A DNA stretch of 64,000 nucleotides from contig JAZDKB010000018.1 in NCBI GenBank assembly GCA_043803405.1, positions 1-64,000 on the forward strand, given 5' to 3'. Source of the stretch: Spirochaetota bacterium (lineage in GTDB: Bacteria > Spirochaetota > UBA4802 > JAFGDQ01). This document shows, piece by piece, positions 23,293-33,968 of the stretch (positions within the stretch are counted from its first letter, which is position 1; every line of letters starts with the position of its first letter). The translations under genes and the position numbers were made by a program. The notes below the pieces were generated by a model, which worked only from the letters and a program-made list of their open reading frames with translations, did no database searches and was not told where the DNA came from.

Positions 23293-24135
23293 TCACATTA
23301 TTTCCCCGATTTTTCCATTAAGCTGTTTTAACGCTTCTGCGGAAGCATCGCTAAACGGCAGATTTGTGAACTTTTTATATGCGTAGTTTAATTCACTTGA
23401 GGAATTTATGCGATGGATTTTTATATCTTTATAGTTTTTAAGAATGCTGATAATTTTTTTTAGATCACCGCCCTGGGAGCCTATACCGGGTATTAAAAGC
23501 GGAATATCTTTTTTTGATTTTAAAAATACGTCGGTAATTAATTTTAGTTCATCCGGGTAAGTCGCACCCACAACTGCGCCAAGTCCCGGCCTGTGCCATT
23601 CGGTTATTTTTTCCGATACGTGAAGATACAGCGGTTTTTCGTTTACTAAAATAGTCTGAAAATCGGAGGAGCTTTTATTTGATGTTTTGTTTAGTACATA
23701 AAAACCCCTGTCCGGATAGTTGTCGATAAAAGGAGCAATGGAATCGTATCCCATGTAAGGCGCAAGCGTAACTGCGTCCGCTTTAAAAAAATCAAAGCAT
23801 TCCTTTGCGTATGCATAAGCCGTTTTTGCGATATCACCTCTTTTTGCGTCCAGTATAACAGGAATACCCTGATTTTTATACATATCAATAACGGAACAAA
23901 GCGCTTCTATTCCTTCAATACCGTATTGTGCGTAAAAAGCGTAATTGGGTTTTACAGCTCCAGGATAAACTTTTTGCTGAATAATTTTATTCAGGATAGA
24001 TTCGTAAAATCCGATTATCTTTTCTTTAAGTGTTCCTGTTTTTATAGGGATATCTTCTATAACTGGATCAAGTCCCATTGATACAATGCTGTTGAATTTA
24101 TTCGATGTTTGCTTTAGTTTTTCAAGATAATTCAT
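23293..24135 (-). CDS. pyrF: Orotidine-5'-phosphate decarboxylase
   Basis: GLDP, KPNYAFY, LDAKRGDI, PYMG, VVGAT and LIPGIGSQGG motifs. Confidence 0.95.
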   Translation of the reverse strand: MNYLEKLKQTSNKFNSIVSMGLDPVIEDIPIKTGTLKEKIIGFYESILNKIIQQKVYPGAVKPNYAFYAQYGIEGIEALCSVIDMYKNQGIPVILDAKRGDIAKTAYAYAKECFDFFKADAVTLAPYMGYDSIAPFIDNYPDRGFYVLNKTSNKSSSDFQTILVNEKPLYLHVSEKITEWHRPGLGAVVGATYPDELKLITDVFLKSKKDIPLLIPGIGSQGGDLKKIISILKNYKDIKIHRINSSSELNYAYKKFTNLPFSDASAEALKQLNGKIGEIM

Positions 24136-24148
24136 TTTGAAAATCCTT

Positions 24149-24682
24149 TTATGATAATAATAACTTTATATATTTATTATAAATATCATAGTTTTCCTTA
24201 TCAAAGAGAACAAAATAAACATCAATTGGATAGTCCTCTTCGATAATAAACATAAGCACAGTGTCGATTGCTATTCTGCAGGCTTCATCCTTCGGGTATC
24301 CATATACTCCTGACGAAATTGCGGGGAAAGAAATCGATTTTAAGCCGTGTTTCTTTGCAAGGCGCATGGAATTATAATATGAATTTGTAAGGATATCTTT
24401 TTCCCCGCTTTTGCCGTCCCTGTAGATTGGCCCGGGCGTATGGATCACATGCTTTGCTTTGAGATTATACCCTGCCGTAATTCTTGCTTCACCGTGGCCG
24501 CACCCGCCGAGCTTTCTGCACTCCTCGAGAAGTCCTGGCCCTGCTGCCCTGTGAATTGCGCCGTCAACACCGCCGCCGCCAAGCAACGAAGGATTAGCCG
24601 CGTTCACTATTGCATCAGCATTTTCCTTTGTAATATCGGCCTGTTTAACGTGAATATGTTTTAGTAAGATTTTTCTTTTCAT
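24149..24682 (-). CDS. Macro domain O-acetyl-ADP-ribose deacetylase (YmdB-like)
   Basis: DAIVNAAN.SLLGGGGVDGAIH and FPAISSGVYG motifs. Confidence 0.93.
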   Translation of the reverse strand: MKRKILLKHIHVKQADITKENADAIVNAANPSLLGGGGVDGAIHRAAGPGLLEECRKLGGCGHGEARITAGYNLKAKHVIHTPGPIYRDGKSGEKDILTNSYYNSMRLAKKHGLKSISFPAISSGVYGYPKDEACRIAIDTVLMFIIEEDYPIDVYFVLFDKENYDIYNKYIKLLLS

Positions 24683-24717
24683 AATTAATTTCTCCTTAAC
24701 TTAATTTTAAAAGTAAA

Positions 24718-25698
24718 TTAATTACTCAGTTTTTTTAAATATTCATCGTTTAAAATAAGATCTTTGTAAACAGCGTTTATTATTTCTTTATATCCGGTTT
24801 TATCTTTTTCCTGTCCGGAAATATGCGCGATAAAGTCGTTCAGATATTTTTTAGCATCTTTTTCTTCGCCTGTCTTTGCGCTTAACCTTGCTGACCAGAA
24901 CAAAGCAATGTTTTTATCCCTGAAAGACAAGTTAGAATTTATAAGGGATTTCAGAATGCCCAGTGCTTTTTTATCTTTACCTGCTTTCTCAAAATTTGAT
25001 GCTGCCTTGAGTTCACCTGCTGTGCCGAACGGTTTATCGTTTTCATATTCATACTCTGCGTATTTCATTATTTGAGTAATGGATTTCGATCTGGAATAAT
25101 TTTTTTCTGCTTTGTATTTCAGCCTGCTGAATTTAAAAGTATCTTTTATAGCATCAAAGGCAGGATCATTGTTAAGCAAGTCCACCGACGAAAATCCCAT
25201 GTCGATCGCAGCGGATAAATAGTCGAATGCTTTGTCTTTGTCTGCTGCTTTAGCATGAAGAGCCGCCTGTTCGTAAAGAGTCCAGCAGTTCTCTTCGTTT
25301 TTTTGAACAGCCAGAAGAAGAGGCAGAACTTTATCCTTGTTGTAATTATTATAAAGATTATTTAAATAAAGAATTGAAAGCCTTTCATTGTCCGCAAGCG
25401 CCATTCTGTAATATTTTTCAGCTTCCGGGAAATTGTTTTCATATTCCTGTATAAGTCCGTAATTAATATATGCCTTATTTTTTAGCCGTTTACTTGAAAA
25501 TTCTTTTTTTAGTAATTTAACTGCCGCGGATTTATCATTACTGAAATACAGAGAAAAGACATCGTGAAAAGGATTTGTAATGTCGGGTGCAAAATTATCC
25601 GAAGCGGATTCTCCGTGCAGGCGCAGTGCAAAGAACATGCTGGCTGCAAATATCACGGCTTTAATTTTTTTACTGTATAATATTTTTCTGTTTGTCAT
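24718..25698 (-). CDS. Secreted TPR protein
   Basis: Signal peptide, TPR helices and an end-of-group-like segment AF.YL..AI.MGF....L.NDP.F..I. Confidence 0.75.
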   Translation of the reverse strand: MTNRKILYSKKIKAVIFAASMFFALRLHGESASDNFAPDITNPFHDVFSLYFSNDKSAAVKLLKKEFSSKRLKNKAYINYGLIQEYENNFPEAEKYYRMALADNERLSILYLNNLYNNYNKDKVLPLLLAVQKNEENCWTLYEQAALHAKAADKDKAFDYLSAAIDMGFSSVDLLNNDPAFDAIKDTFKFSRLKYKAEKNYSRSKSITQIMKYAEYEYENDKPFGTAGELKAASNFEKAGKDKKALGILKSLINSNLSFRDKNIALFWSARLSAKTGEEKDAKKYLNDFIAHISGQEKDKTGYKEIINAVYKDLILNDEYLKKLSN

Positions 25699-25894
25699 TT
25701 TAGTTTTATAATTAAATATTATATATGATTTTTATTAAGACTATCAAGTAAATAACACAGTTTGATTAACTTTTTTATTTCAAGGCCTTGAAACCATGAT
25801 TATTAGGACATTGATCCTAAATTTGACTATAATATGATAAAAAAATCAGTCAAGTTGAAATGTAATAACAAAATAAATTATCAAGAGTAATAAG

Positions 25895-28800
25895 ATGTTT
25901 ATATTAAAACATCAATTTTTTTTAAGTAAAACAATAAAAGCAAGTGCGGGTTTTTTGCTTTTTAACTTAATCATATTTTTCCCGTCAGTTTTATATCCGC
26001 TCAGTGATTCAATAGATAAATACCTTGAACAAAAGGCGCTGTCCGATTACGAAGGCGCGCTTAAAACGCTCGAAGACCGGACGTTCATTGAGAACGATCC
26101 TGTAACAATCGAAATGAATATGTTCAGGATTTACGAGCTGAGCAAATATCCTGAATTAACGGATAGTGCAACCGGACTTTTTAAAAAGTTACTTGCCAAT
26201 AGAACCGTAGAAAACAATCCGGCCTTAAAAGCAAGGGCGAATATACTGTTAAATTTGCTTTATTTGAAAAAAGGCAATATGTATGACGCTTCTATTGTGA
26301 AAGCAAATCTCGGTTTCATAAATAAGTTCAGGATATCAGCGCCGGTTAAAAATAAAGGAGATTTCGGCAAACTATTTAAAAATGAAGCCAATGCGGAGGT
26401 TACAGAAACAGAATGGTTTAATGCGCAAACCGATCCTTCCGGGAAAGTGGATTTGGCGGATTTTTTCGGTGAAGTCTCAGGATGTTTGTTTTATTTAAAA
26501 AGCAGCATTACAGTACCGGAGGATGGAAACTACCTTCTCTGGCTCGGAAAGACCGGTTATACGGATATCTGGATTGACGGGGGCAGGATTTTCTCGGGCA
26601 GAATGAAACACGGGTTTTTGTTTGACCAGTACTGTATTACAGTAGCGCTGTCCGGAGGAACGCATGATTTGCTGATTAAAACCGGCGATTCTATCTGCGG
26701 CGCCGGGATTGCAGTAAGACTTACCGACGAAAAGGGCAGGGCGGTAAATAATGCTGCTGATCATTACATATCAAATATATCCGTTTCTCCTGATGTACAA
26801 GTAAGACCTGTAAACACCTCCCTTTTTTATTCTCTGGAGGCTATATTAAAAACAAAGCCTGCTGAAGGGCCTGCTGCTTTTAATGCAGGATACCTGTATT
26901 ATATTTCCGGTTTGAACAGCGAAGAAGACGGAGAAGCTGAAGGTTTTTTTTCCGGAGTAAATGAGGGCTTGCCAGGTTCTGCGGCAAAATATTATTCAGG
27001 AGTGATCGCAAAAGACTCTCAAAAAAAGGAATCATATTTTAATGAATCTGTAAGGATATCCGGGGAAAATATTGAATCCCTGAATGAACTGGCTAAAATT
27101 AAATTAAGAAAAAATCAATTATATGAAGCATACCGGATAACGGATAATATCGCGGATATTAATCCTGGATCAATATTTATTAATAAATTAAAAGCGCAGA
27201 CGTTTTTAATTTGCGGCTGGTATAATGAAGCACTGAAACAGGCTTTTGCTTTGATGGAAAAAATGAAGCCTGCAGGGTATGAACTGGAGTCGCAGATATA
27301 TATTGCAGAAAAAAAATATAATAGGGCATTGCCTGCATGCAGGTTTTTGTTCGGGGCAGATAAAGATAATTCGGGAAATATTGATAATTTAATCGAATGC
27401 CTGCTAAAAACAGGCAGATACGATGAGGCTGCAGGGTTACTGACTCAGTGCGCTGGTATTTTCCCGAACAATGTTGCGTTAAGACTTAAGCTTGCTGAGA
27501 TCGACGAAAACAGAAACAGCGCCGAAACAGTGCTTCCTTATTTGCTAAGCGCAAAACAGATATCGCCGCATAATATGCTGGTTTTACTTAAGATCGGGCT
27601 TGCTTATCACAAGCTGAATAAAGATGAGCTTGCGATGCACTACCTGCGAAAAGCTCAGGAAAATGATATAAAGAATGAATTGAGTGAATGGATAGAAAAT
27701 TATATTAACAATTGCCTCATCATTATTCCTCCAAATCCCACAGGGGGGGACTTAAAGAAGATTGAAAGCCTATCTAAATGGGGATCGGGGGAAATGAATA
27801 ACTGGAAAGGAACCGACCTGGAGCGAAATATCTTCAAAAGTTTTTACTCCGGCAATCAAAACGAGCTTATTAATAATATCGAAAAGCTTTTATCAGCATT
27901 TTCGGCTGAACCTGAATCAATATTATATTACCCTGAGATCGGAAGGCTGAATTATATCAATGGAAGCAAAAGAAGCCTTGAGACTTTGCGCGGATTGATC
28001 AATTCCGTTAACAGCAAAGAAAGGCTTAGCAAAAAAAATCTGCATATCCTGTCATTAAAACTTGAGCTTGAAAAATTATTGTACGGTTATAATTTACCTG
28101 AAGCAAAAAAAATATCCGAAGAATTTTATCCTATAAAACGATGGTCTCTTCTTGGACCTTATTCCAGGTTCGGGACAGGGGATATTGATTATCCTTTCAT
28201 GCCTGAGATAATAACTAAAATAAATTCTTCTGAAATAAAGAAGAAAGATATTGTTATACAACATCCGGAGGGCATTCTTCATCCTGCCGGATATCTGTTT
28301 CCGGAAAACGGCATTGTATATGCCGTTACTTCTGTCAGTGCAGTTCAGCCTTTAAAGCTAAGGTTATATTCGGATTCATCTTATAAATTGTTTATAAACG
28401 GAAAAGAGGCATTACGAAATCTGAAAAACGAAATCCACAGAAGATGCAGGATAATAAAAGTTTCCGATTCATTAAAGTATACTTTAATGATTAAATTACA
28501 TGTTAAAGAACACGGGAATTTTCTCAGAGTTATTGTTACTGATGAAAATGATAATATCTTAAAAACCGAAGCTGATGCTTCGGAGATGAATTTTTCCGGT
28601 TTTAATTTTATTGAACAAACGGATTATCCTTACGATTATTATAATGCGGAATTAAAAAATTCGCAAAATAAAAGCAATGCATATTGCAGGCTCGGAAAAT
28701 TTTTCCGCGAAGCCGGAAGTCCGGAAGCTGCTAATTATTTCAGAAAAGCAATTGCTGCTGATGATAAAAAAGATCCAGTAAAATTGTTTTTCCTGGCAGA

Positions 28801-30286
28801 ATGCCTTTTTGATTTAAGCAATGGAGACAGAGAATCAGCAGCATACATTGAAAGCAGGGATATAGTAAACGAACTTGTGAAACACCCGGATTTTATTCCA
28901 GCGCAGCATTTATCGTTCAAGATGCTTTATGGAGTACCAAAAGGAGGATTCGCACTGGGCAACATGGGTGAATACTCCTCCTCTCTTTTGGGGCTGACTA
29001 ATACCCACATATCGGGAAACATCCGGGAAATGGCAGAAAGTCAGGGGGCTAAGTGCTTCTTCTGCCCCCTAACCCCCAAAGGGGGCAAGATCGGGAAAAA
29101 TAATGAAGGAATATTAGGTTGTTTTATTCCAGACCTGTGCCCCCTCTGGGGGTTAGGGGGCAGGAATTCGGGATATATTGAAAACTATCTTCTGATGGGA
29201 ATTGATTACTCGCGCTGGTTACTAATATGCGGGTATGAAAAGGAATTTGAGAGCGTGATAGATTTACTGAGAAAAAAATTTCCGCATGCGGTTCAGCCTC
29301 TTCTGCTTTTGGCAGAATATTATAAAGACAGAGATGTTTTTAAATCAATCGAATTATATAAAATGATCATTGAAATAGAGGCATCCGAAAAGGCTCTTGG
29401 AGAGATTATAGAAATATACAAAGAGCAGGGAAGATATGAGAATATTGAAGCAATTGGTTTATATGATACAAAAGGTCGTTACAGGAAAGATTTAATCGAG
29501 GCATTAATTGATTCAGGGAAATATGAAAATGCCAGGAAAGCTATTTTATATGAGCTGTCAGTGAAGAATGATCCGCATTATAATATCAAACTTGGCGAGC
29601 TAAATTATATTCAGGGATACGATCCTGTAATGTACTGGCAGAAAGCCCTGTTTGCCGATCCATCTGACTATTTACTTAAGTGTATGATTGAATATTTTGA
29701 AAACGGGAAAAGAAATCCGTTTAAGTTATTGGACGGCGGATTGAGCGGTAAAATTAAAGAAAAGGATAAAAACAAACCTTCAGATATCAGAGAGTTTATA
29801 GTATGGTATAAGGGACTCCTTCAGGGAGCTTTTAATATTGAGATCGATAGAGTGAATCCGGGCATTACAGGCAAAACATCAGTTGAGCAGATAAAGGCAG
29901 TATATAATTTTACTTCCCGGCAAATTAAGCTTCAGCCCGGCGCTTTGTATTCGCCTCATAAAGCAATGGATACGTATTTTAAAAAGAAAGGCAGCGCTGA
30001 AGATAAAGTAATTTTTGCATTATCCGCTCTTTCGGAATTCGGTATTAAATCGTACATCGCATTTGCGGCCGGCAGTTCTGATGCAAAGAACGGTTCGCCT
30101 GCTTCACAGAAAGATTTTACAAATATTTTGCTTTATGTTCCTCTTGATGTTAAAACAGGATTATGGCTCGATTTTTCCGATGCGCAAAATGAGTGCGGAG
30201 CAGTAAGCGACAGGCTGGCAGGAAAAGACGCTTTCGTTATTATTAAAGACAGCTATGATATTAAAAAAATAACCGGGGATCAGTAA
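25895..30286 (+). CDS. Large secreted TPR protein with two jelly-roll modules and a degenerate transglutaminase-like C-terminus
   Basis: Signal peptide; two similar beta modules (…YLKSSITVP…IWIDG; …YAVTSV…KLFING); TPRs; GSAED/FTN/WLD at transglutaminase-triad-like positions. Confidence 0.65.
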   Translation: MFILKHQFFLSKTIKASAGFLLFNLIIFFPSVLYPLSDSIDKYLEQKALSDYEGALKTLEDRTFIENDPVTIEMNMFRIYELSKYPELTDSATGLFKKLLANRTVENNPALKARANILLNLLYLKKGNMYDASIVKANLGFINKFRISAPVKNKGDFGKLFKNEANAEVTETEWFNAQTDPSGKVDLADFFGEVSGCLFYLKSSITVPEDGNYLLWLGKTGYTDIWIDGGRIFSGRMKHGFLFDQYCITVALSGGTHDLLIKTGDSICGAGIAVRLTDEKGRAVNNAADHYISNISVSPDVQVRPVNTSLFYSLEAILKTKPAEGPAAFNAGYLYYISGLNSEEDGEAEGFFSGVNEGLPGSAAKYYSGVIAKDSQKKESYFNESVRISGENIESLNELAKIKLRKNQLYEAYRITDNIADINPGSIFINKLKAQTFLICGWYNEALKQAFALMEKMKPAGYELESQIYIAEKKYNRALPACRFLFGADKDNSGNIDNLIECLLKTGRYDEAAGLLTQCAGIFPNNVALRLKLAEIDENRNSAETVLPYLLSAKQISPHNMLVLLKIGLAYHKLNKDELAMHYLRKAQENDIKNELSEWIENYINNCLIIIPPNPTGGDLKKIESLSKWGSGEMNNWKGTDLERNIFKSFYSGNQNELINNIEKLLSAFSAEPESILYYPEIGRLNYINGSKRSLETLRGLINSVNSKERLSKKNLHILSLKLELEKLLYGYNLPEAKKISEEFYPIKRWSLLGPYSRFGTGDIDYPFMPEIITKINSSEIKKKDIVIQHPEGILHPAGYLFPENGIVYAVTSVSAVQPLKLRLYSDSSYKLFINGKEALRNLKNEIHRRCRIIKVSDSLKYTLMIKLHVKEHGNFLRVIVTDENDNILKTEADASEMNFSGFNFIEQTDYPYDYYNAELKNSQNKSNAYCRLGKFFREAGSPEAANYFRKAIAADDKKDPVKLFFLAECLFDLSNGDRESAAYIESRDIVNELVKHPDFIPAQHLSFKMLYGVPKGGFALGNMGEYSSSLLGLTNTHISGNIREMAESQGAKCFFCPLTPKGGKIGKNNEGILGCFIPDLCPLWGLGGRNSGYIENYLLMGIDYSRWLLICGYEKEFESVIDLLRKKFPHAVQPLLLLAEYYKDRDVFKSIELYKMIIEIEASEKALGEIIEIYKEQGRYENIEAIGLYDTKGRYRKDLIEALIDSGKYENARKAILYELSVKNDPHYNIKLGELNYIQGYDPVMYWQKALFADPSDYLLKCMIEYFENGKRNPFKLLDGGLSGKIKEKDKNKPSDIREFIVWYKGLLQGAFNIEIDRVNPGITGKTSVEQIKAVYNFTSRQIKLQPGALYSPHKAMDTYFKKKGSAEDKVIFALSALSEFGIKSYIAFAAGSSDAKNGSPASQKDFTNILLYVPLDVKTGLWLDFSDAQNECGAVSDRLAGKDAFVIIKDSYDIKKITGDQ
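29062..29163. repeat. GC-rich palindromic element inside the coding sequence, in frame
   Basis: ctgccccctaacccccaaagggggca / tgccccctctgggggttagggggcag: 26-bp arms with 1 mismatch, 102 bp total. Confidence 0.9.
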
Positions 30287-30311
30287 TGACAATCGGAATA
30301 AAGCGGTCTTC

Positions 30312-30401
30312 GGACATATCATAATTATTTTTAATTTTTTGCAGAACTCGGTCTGCGGCCTCAGACAGTCCTCGAAAATTATAAATAATTATGATATGTC
30401 C
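30312..30401. repeat. Palindromic element family B, copy 1
   Basis: 27-bp terminal inverted repeat (ggacatatcataatt...); inverted homolog at 54888-54979. Confidence 0.88.
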
Positions 30402-30420
30402 ATGCATGGATATTTTTTAT

Positions 30421-31335
30421 CTATTCATTTTCTTCTATGTCGTTCGAGTCATCATCGTCTCCCCCTTCTCCTTCAACAAGCGTGTTTACTTTCACATTTG
30501 CGGATCTTTCTTTAAAGTATTTGCTGAAAGCCATTTTGGGAACAGGCATTTCCGGTTTTGCTTTGATTGTAATCTCTTCGCCTGTCTTGGGATTTCTGCC
30601 GACGCGCGCTTTCTGTGCAGGGCGCAGCTTTAAACGCATTCTGCCCAGCCTTCCCATGGGGACTCTTTCACCCAGAAGCATTCCGGATTCCAGCATGCAT
30701 AAATAATCATCAATGATCCTTTTTGCCTTAGTATGTGTAATATCGTTTCTTCCTGCGACATGGCCGATTATTGATTTCATTGTAAATTGAGAAATGTTCG
30801 AACCGTCCTGAATTGAAATGCTCCTGTTGATTTTAATGAACCCGTTTGTTAAAAAGATGGTAGCTTCCCTGATCCTTAAGTCCTGGTCTTCAAGGCTTAC
30901 ATCGTCTTTGCAGACTGCTATCTTCAGCAGGGAGGAGGTGCTTTTAATCGGGCCTTTTTCGAATTCGAGCGTTTTGTCTGTGCCTGTATCCTGTGCTATT
31001 TTAACATCGTCATTAATTAAAATGTCGGGGACATCGCTTCTCAGTTTTATGCTGGAGTATTCGAGCCATCTCGTATCCCCGCGCAGGGTGCCCAGGCTTA
31101 TCAGTGAACCGGAGTATGTGAGCATCAGTGCTGCTCTTTTATCGTCTTTTGCAAATGAATCGATCTCGGTCATGTTTAGGGACTTGATCTGCTCTTCGAA
31201 CATTTCTTTTTTTTCAAACCATGTATCCGTGATTTTCTGAAGAGATTCTTCCGTATCCGGAAGGCCGGAAGATTCTGTTATTGATTTAAGATGCTGTCTG
31301 ATTATTTCCGGCAGTTCGTTAAAGTTTTTTTCCAT
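30421..31335 (-). CDS. HU/IHF-family DNA-binding domain fused to a ~200-aa unknown N-terminal domain
   Basis: C-terminal RPAQKARVGRNPKTGEEITIKAKP and an acidic tail. Confidence 0.85.
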   Translation of the reverse strand: MEKNFNELPEIIRQHLKSITESSGLPDTEESLQKITDTWFEKKEMFEEQIKSLNMTEIDSFAKDDKRAALMLTYSGSLISLGTLRGDTRWLEYSSIKLRSDVPDILINDDVKIAQDTGTDKTLEFEKGPIKSTSSLLKIAVCKDDVSLEDQDLRIREATIFLTNGFIKINRSISIQDGSNISQFTMKSIIGHVAGRNDITHTKAKRIIDDYLCMLESGMLLGERVPMGRLGRMRLKLRPAQKARVGRNPKTGEEITIKAKPEMPVPKMAFSKYFKERSANVKVNTLVEGEGGDDDDSNDIEENE

Positions 31336-31591
31336 GATGTGTCTCCCTTAAAAGATGTATTTCGAGTATGTCTCAATGGATAATGCGGCTTATGCAGATT
31401 CTGGGACGTACTCTTATTTATATTTATAATTGAGATGTCTTAAAATAATAATATAATTTTTAAAACTATCTATATAAAATAATAATTTTTGAAATATAAT
31501 CAAATATTTTTTAAATGTATTGATAAAAGTGCTTTAAAAAAGTTAGTATTTTAATATTATTGTATATATAAACTAAAAATAATTCAATTAT

Positions 31592-32542
31592 ATGATTCAT
31601 AAGCACAAAGAAAAAGAAGATCATAATCATCATAAGCATGGACATCACCATAAACATGCGCACATAACCAACAAAAAGAAATTAGCGATTGTAATATTTT
31701 TTAACGCAGTTATTACGCTGGCTGAATATATCGGGGGTTTGCTGTCCGGAAGCCTTGCTCTTTTATCGGATGCCTGGCACAACCTTTCCGATGTGCTGTC
31801 GCTCATGCTGGGCTACGCGGGCGAAAAAGTTTCGGAAACCGATCCAAGTAAAAAATATTCGTTCGGTTTAAAGCGTTTTGAAGTGCTGATCGCTTTAATA
31901 AACGCTTTGAGTCTGGCTGCCGTAGGAATATATATTGTTTACGAAGCTGCAGCCAGGTTTATAAATCCGGTCCCTATTGATGTCGCGGTAATGATTCCTG
32001 TGGCTGTAATAGCTCTTCTTGGAAATACCCTTTCAATTATTGCACTTTCAAAAAATAAAAACAGCAATCTTAATATAAAGGCCGCGTTCCTGCATCTTTT
32101 ATACGATGCAATTTCGTCCGTAGCTGTAATTATTGCAGGGGCCGTTTTATATTATACGCAGCTTGTCTGGATAGATCTCGCTGTAAGTATAATAATAGTA
32201 TTTATGATGATATGGAGTTCTACGGATATTGTAAAGGAATCGTTCAGGATATTTTTGCAAGGCACTCCGCACGGAATTGACCCAGATGAAGTATACGGCA
32301 GCATTCAGGCAATAACAGGAGTAGGGAGCGTTCACGGCCTTCATATATGGTCGATCAGTTCGTCGGAGGTTTTTCTTTCATGTCATGTGTGCATTGATCA
32401 GAACATAGCAAATATAAACACTGACGAGATCATTAAGAAGGTTAATTCGATGCTTGAATCGGAATACGGGATAAACCATACTACAATTCAGGTTGAAAAT
32501 ATTGCTATATGCAGCGTCAAATCCGGATACTGTTGCAGATGA
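31592..32542 (+). CDS. Cation diffusion facilitator (CzcD/ZitB-like)
   Basis: His-rich N-terminus, SLALLSDAWHNLSD, N..AAFLHL..D and HTTIQVE motifs. Confidence 0.93.
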   Translation: MIHKHKEKEDHNHHKHGHHHKHAHITNKKKLAIVIFFNAVITLAEYIGGLLSGSLALLSDAWHNLSDVLSLMLGYAGEKVSETDPSKKYSFGLKRFEVLIALINALSLAAVGIYIVYEAAARFINPVPIDVAVMIPVAVIALLGNTLSIIALSKNKNSNLNIKAAFLHLLYDAISSVAVIIAGAVLYYTQLVWIDLAVSIIIVFMMIWSSTDIVKESFRIFLQGTPHGIDPDEVYGSIQAITGVGSVHGLHIWSISSSEVFLSCHVCIDQNIANINTDEIIKKVNSMLESEYGINHTTIQVENIAICSVKSGYCCR

Positions 32543-32556
32543 AATTTACATGCAGC

Positions 32557-33708
32557 TTACTTGAATATAAAGACCAGGCCTATTACTACCAGTATAAAAA
32601 GTATTACTACAATAACAATTAAAATTGTTGTGTTCGAACTATGTTCTTCCCTGACTTCGCCCGGTGTTTCCGAGGCTATTCTTATATCCTCTTCTTCTTC
32701 CTCAATTTTAACATAAATCCCTTTTGCGATTAAACAGAATATTTTATAGCCTCCCTTGGACAAATGTCTGATGGACACTACTCTGCCCATAATTGGGAAT
32801 ATCTTTCCTTCTTCGTAAGCTTTAAATGCTTTTGCCACTGTAATTGCTTTGGAATTTGAGGTATCCAGGTTGATTTTTATTCTGTCTCCTGTTTCAACTG
32901 ACGAAATAGCTTTGCCTTTTATCGGGGATAAAACCAGATTTCCCATAAGTATCAGCTGAATATCTTTTTTATCGACATCGATGTCTTCATCTGCGTCCGC
33001 TGATTCTGTTCCCTTTTCCTGTTTTTTCTTTTCAGCTTCAGATACTAATTCCTTATCGAGCTTATTACTTGTCTTTGATGACAGTTCCATGTCAAGGGAA
33101 GAGGTTTGCTCATAATCAATGCTCAGATTGATGTTTATGAAGCCAAATTTGTCCTGAATAAATTTTTTAATTATATTATTGGCAGCTATCTGATCATTCG
33201 CTTCAAGGTATTTTTTAAGTTCAAGTGCCCTTTGACTTGCCCCCTTTTGCGTTGAAAATGCCTGTGCCAGCTCCGTTTTCATTTTGGAAGTCATTTCGTT
33301 GTCGTGTCCGCCATGTTCATTTACGCTTATCATGTTTTCTTCAAAATTGCGCCAGCCGGTGTTGGATTTCAGATCATCAACTTCGTAAGAATGGCTCATT
33401 ATTGCGTAAGAATGTATAAGTGAAGAATAGGGGATACTGAAGAAAAACAGAAAAGCTCCATAAGTTGTTGATACTGAAAATTTAGCTTTTACCACATATA
33501 AATCCTTATATGTGCCGGAAGCCATTTGCTTTGCCTTATCAGCATCCTGATGAGTGTAATACATGGAAATATCGAGCTTCTTTTTTTGCTCCGTTAAGGA
33601 ATCGACTGCCTTCTCCATCTGCCCGGTATTTTTTTCAATTGGCCGGTCTTCTTTTTTTTTAAAATTATTTTTTGCGTTTGTATTAATTTCCCGGTTTGCG
33701 TTCATCAT
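32557..33708 (-). CDS. Hypothetical protein with a C-terminal membrane anchor
   Basis: 383-aa ORF ending in a hydrophobic helix. Confidence 0.7.
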   Translation of the reverse strand: MMNANREINTNAKNNFKKKEDRPIEKNTGQMEKAVDSLTEQKKKLDISMYYTHQDADKAKQMASGTYKDLYVVKAKFSVSTTYGAFLFFFSIPYSSLIHSYAIMSHSYEVDDLKSNTGWRNFEENMISVNEHGGHDNEMTSKMKTELAQAFSTQKGASQRALELKKYLEANDQIAANNIIKKFIQDKFGFININLSIDYEQTSSLDMELSSKTSNKLDKELVSEAEKKKQEKGTESADADEDIDVDKKDIQLILMGNLVLSPIKGKAISSVETGDRIKINLDTSNSKAITVAKAFKAYEEGKIFPIMGRVVSIRHLSKGGYKIFCLIAKGIYVKIEEEEEDIRIASETPGEVREEHSSNTTILIVIVVILFILVVIGLVFIFK

Positions 33709-33968
33709 AATTATTCTGTTTTCTCCATATAAAAGTGAAAATCCCTGCGGAGAAGTCCGTGATCATGCAGGGAGAAATTTTTACAGGGTCAGAAGCAATT
33801 TTAAAAATATTTTATTATTATATTCTATTAAAAAATAAAAGTCAAATTATAAACCGGAATTAAAATTTAGATTGATTCTTCAATAAATATCGTTAAGAAT
33901 GAGCCATTAAATTTCAGCAATCCGGCCACTGGAATTTTATTTACAAGAAAGCATGAGGGAGGCTTTAA

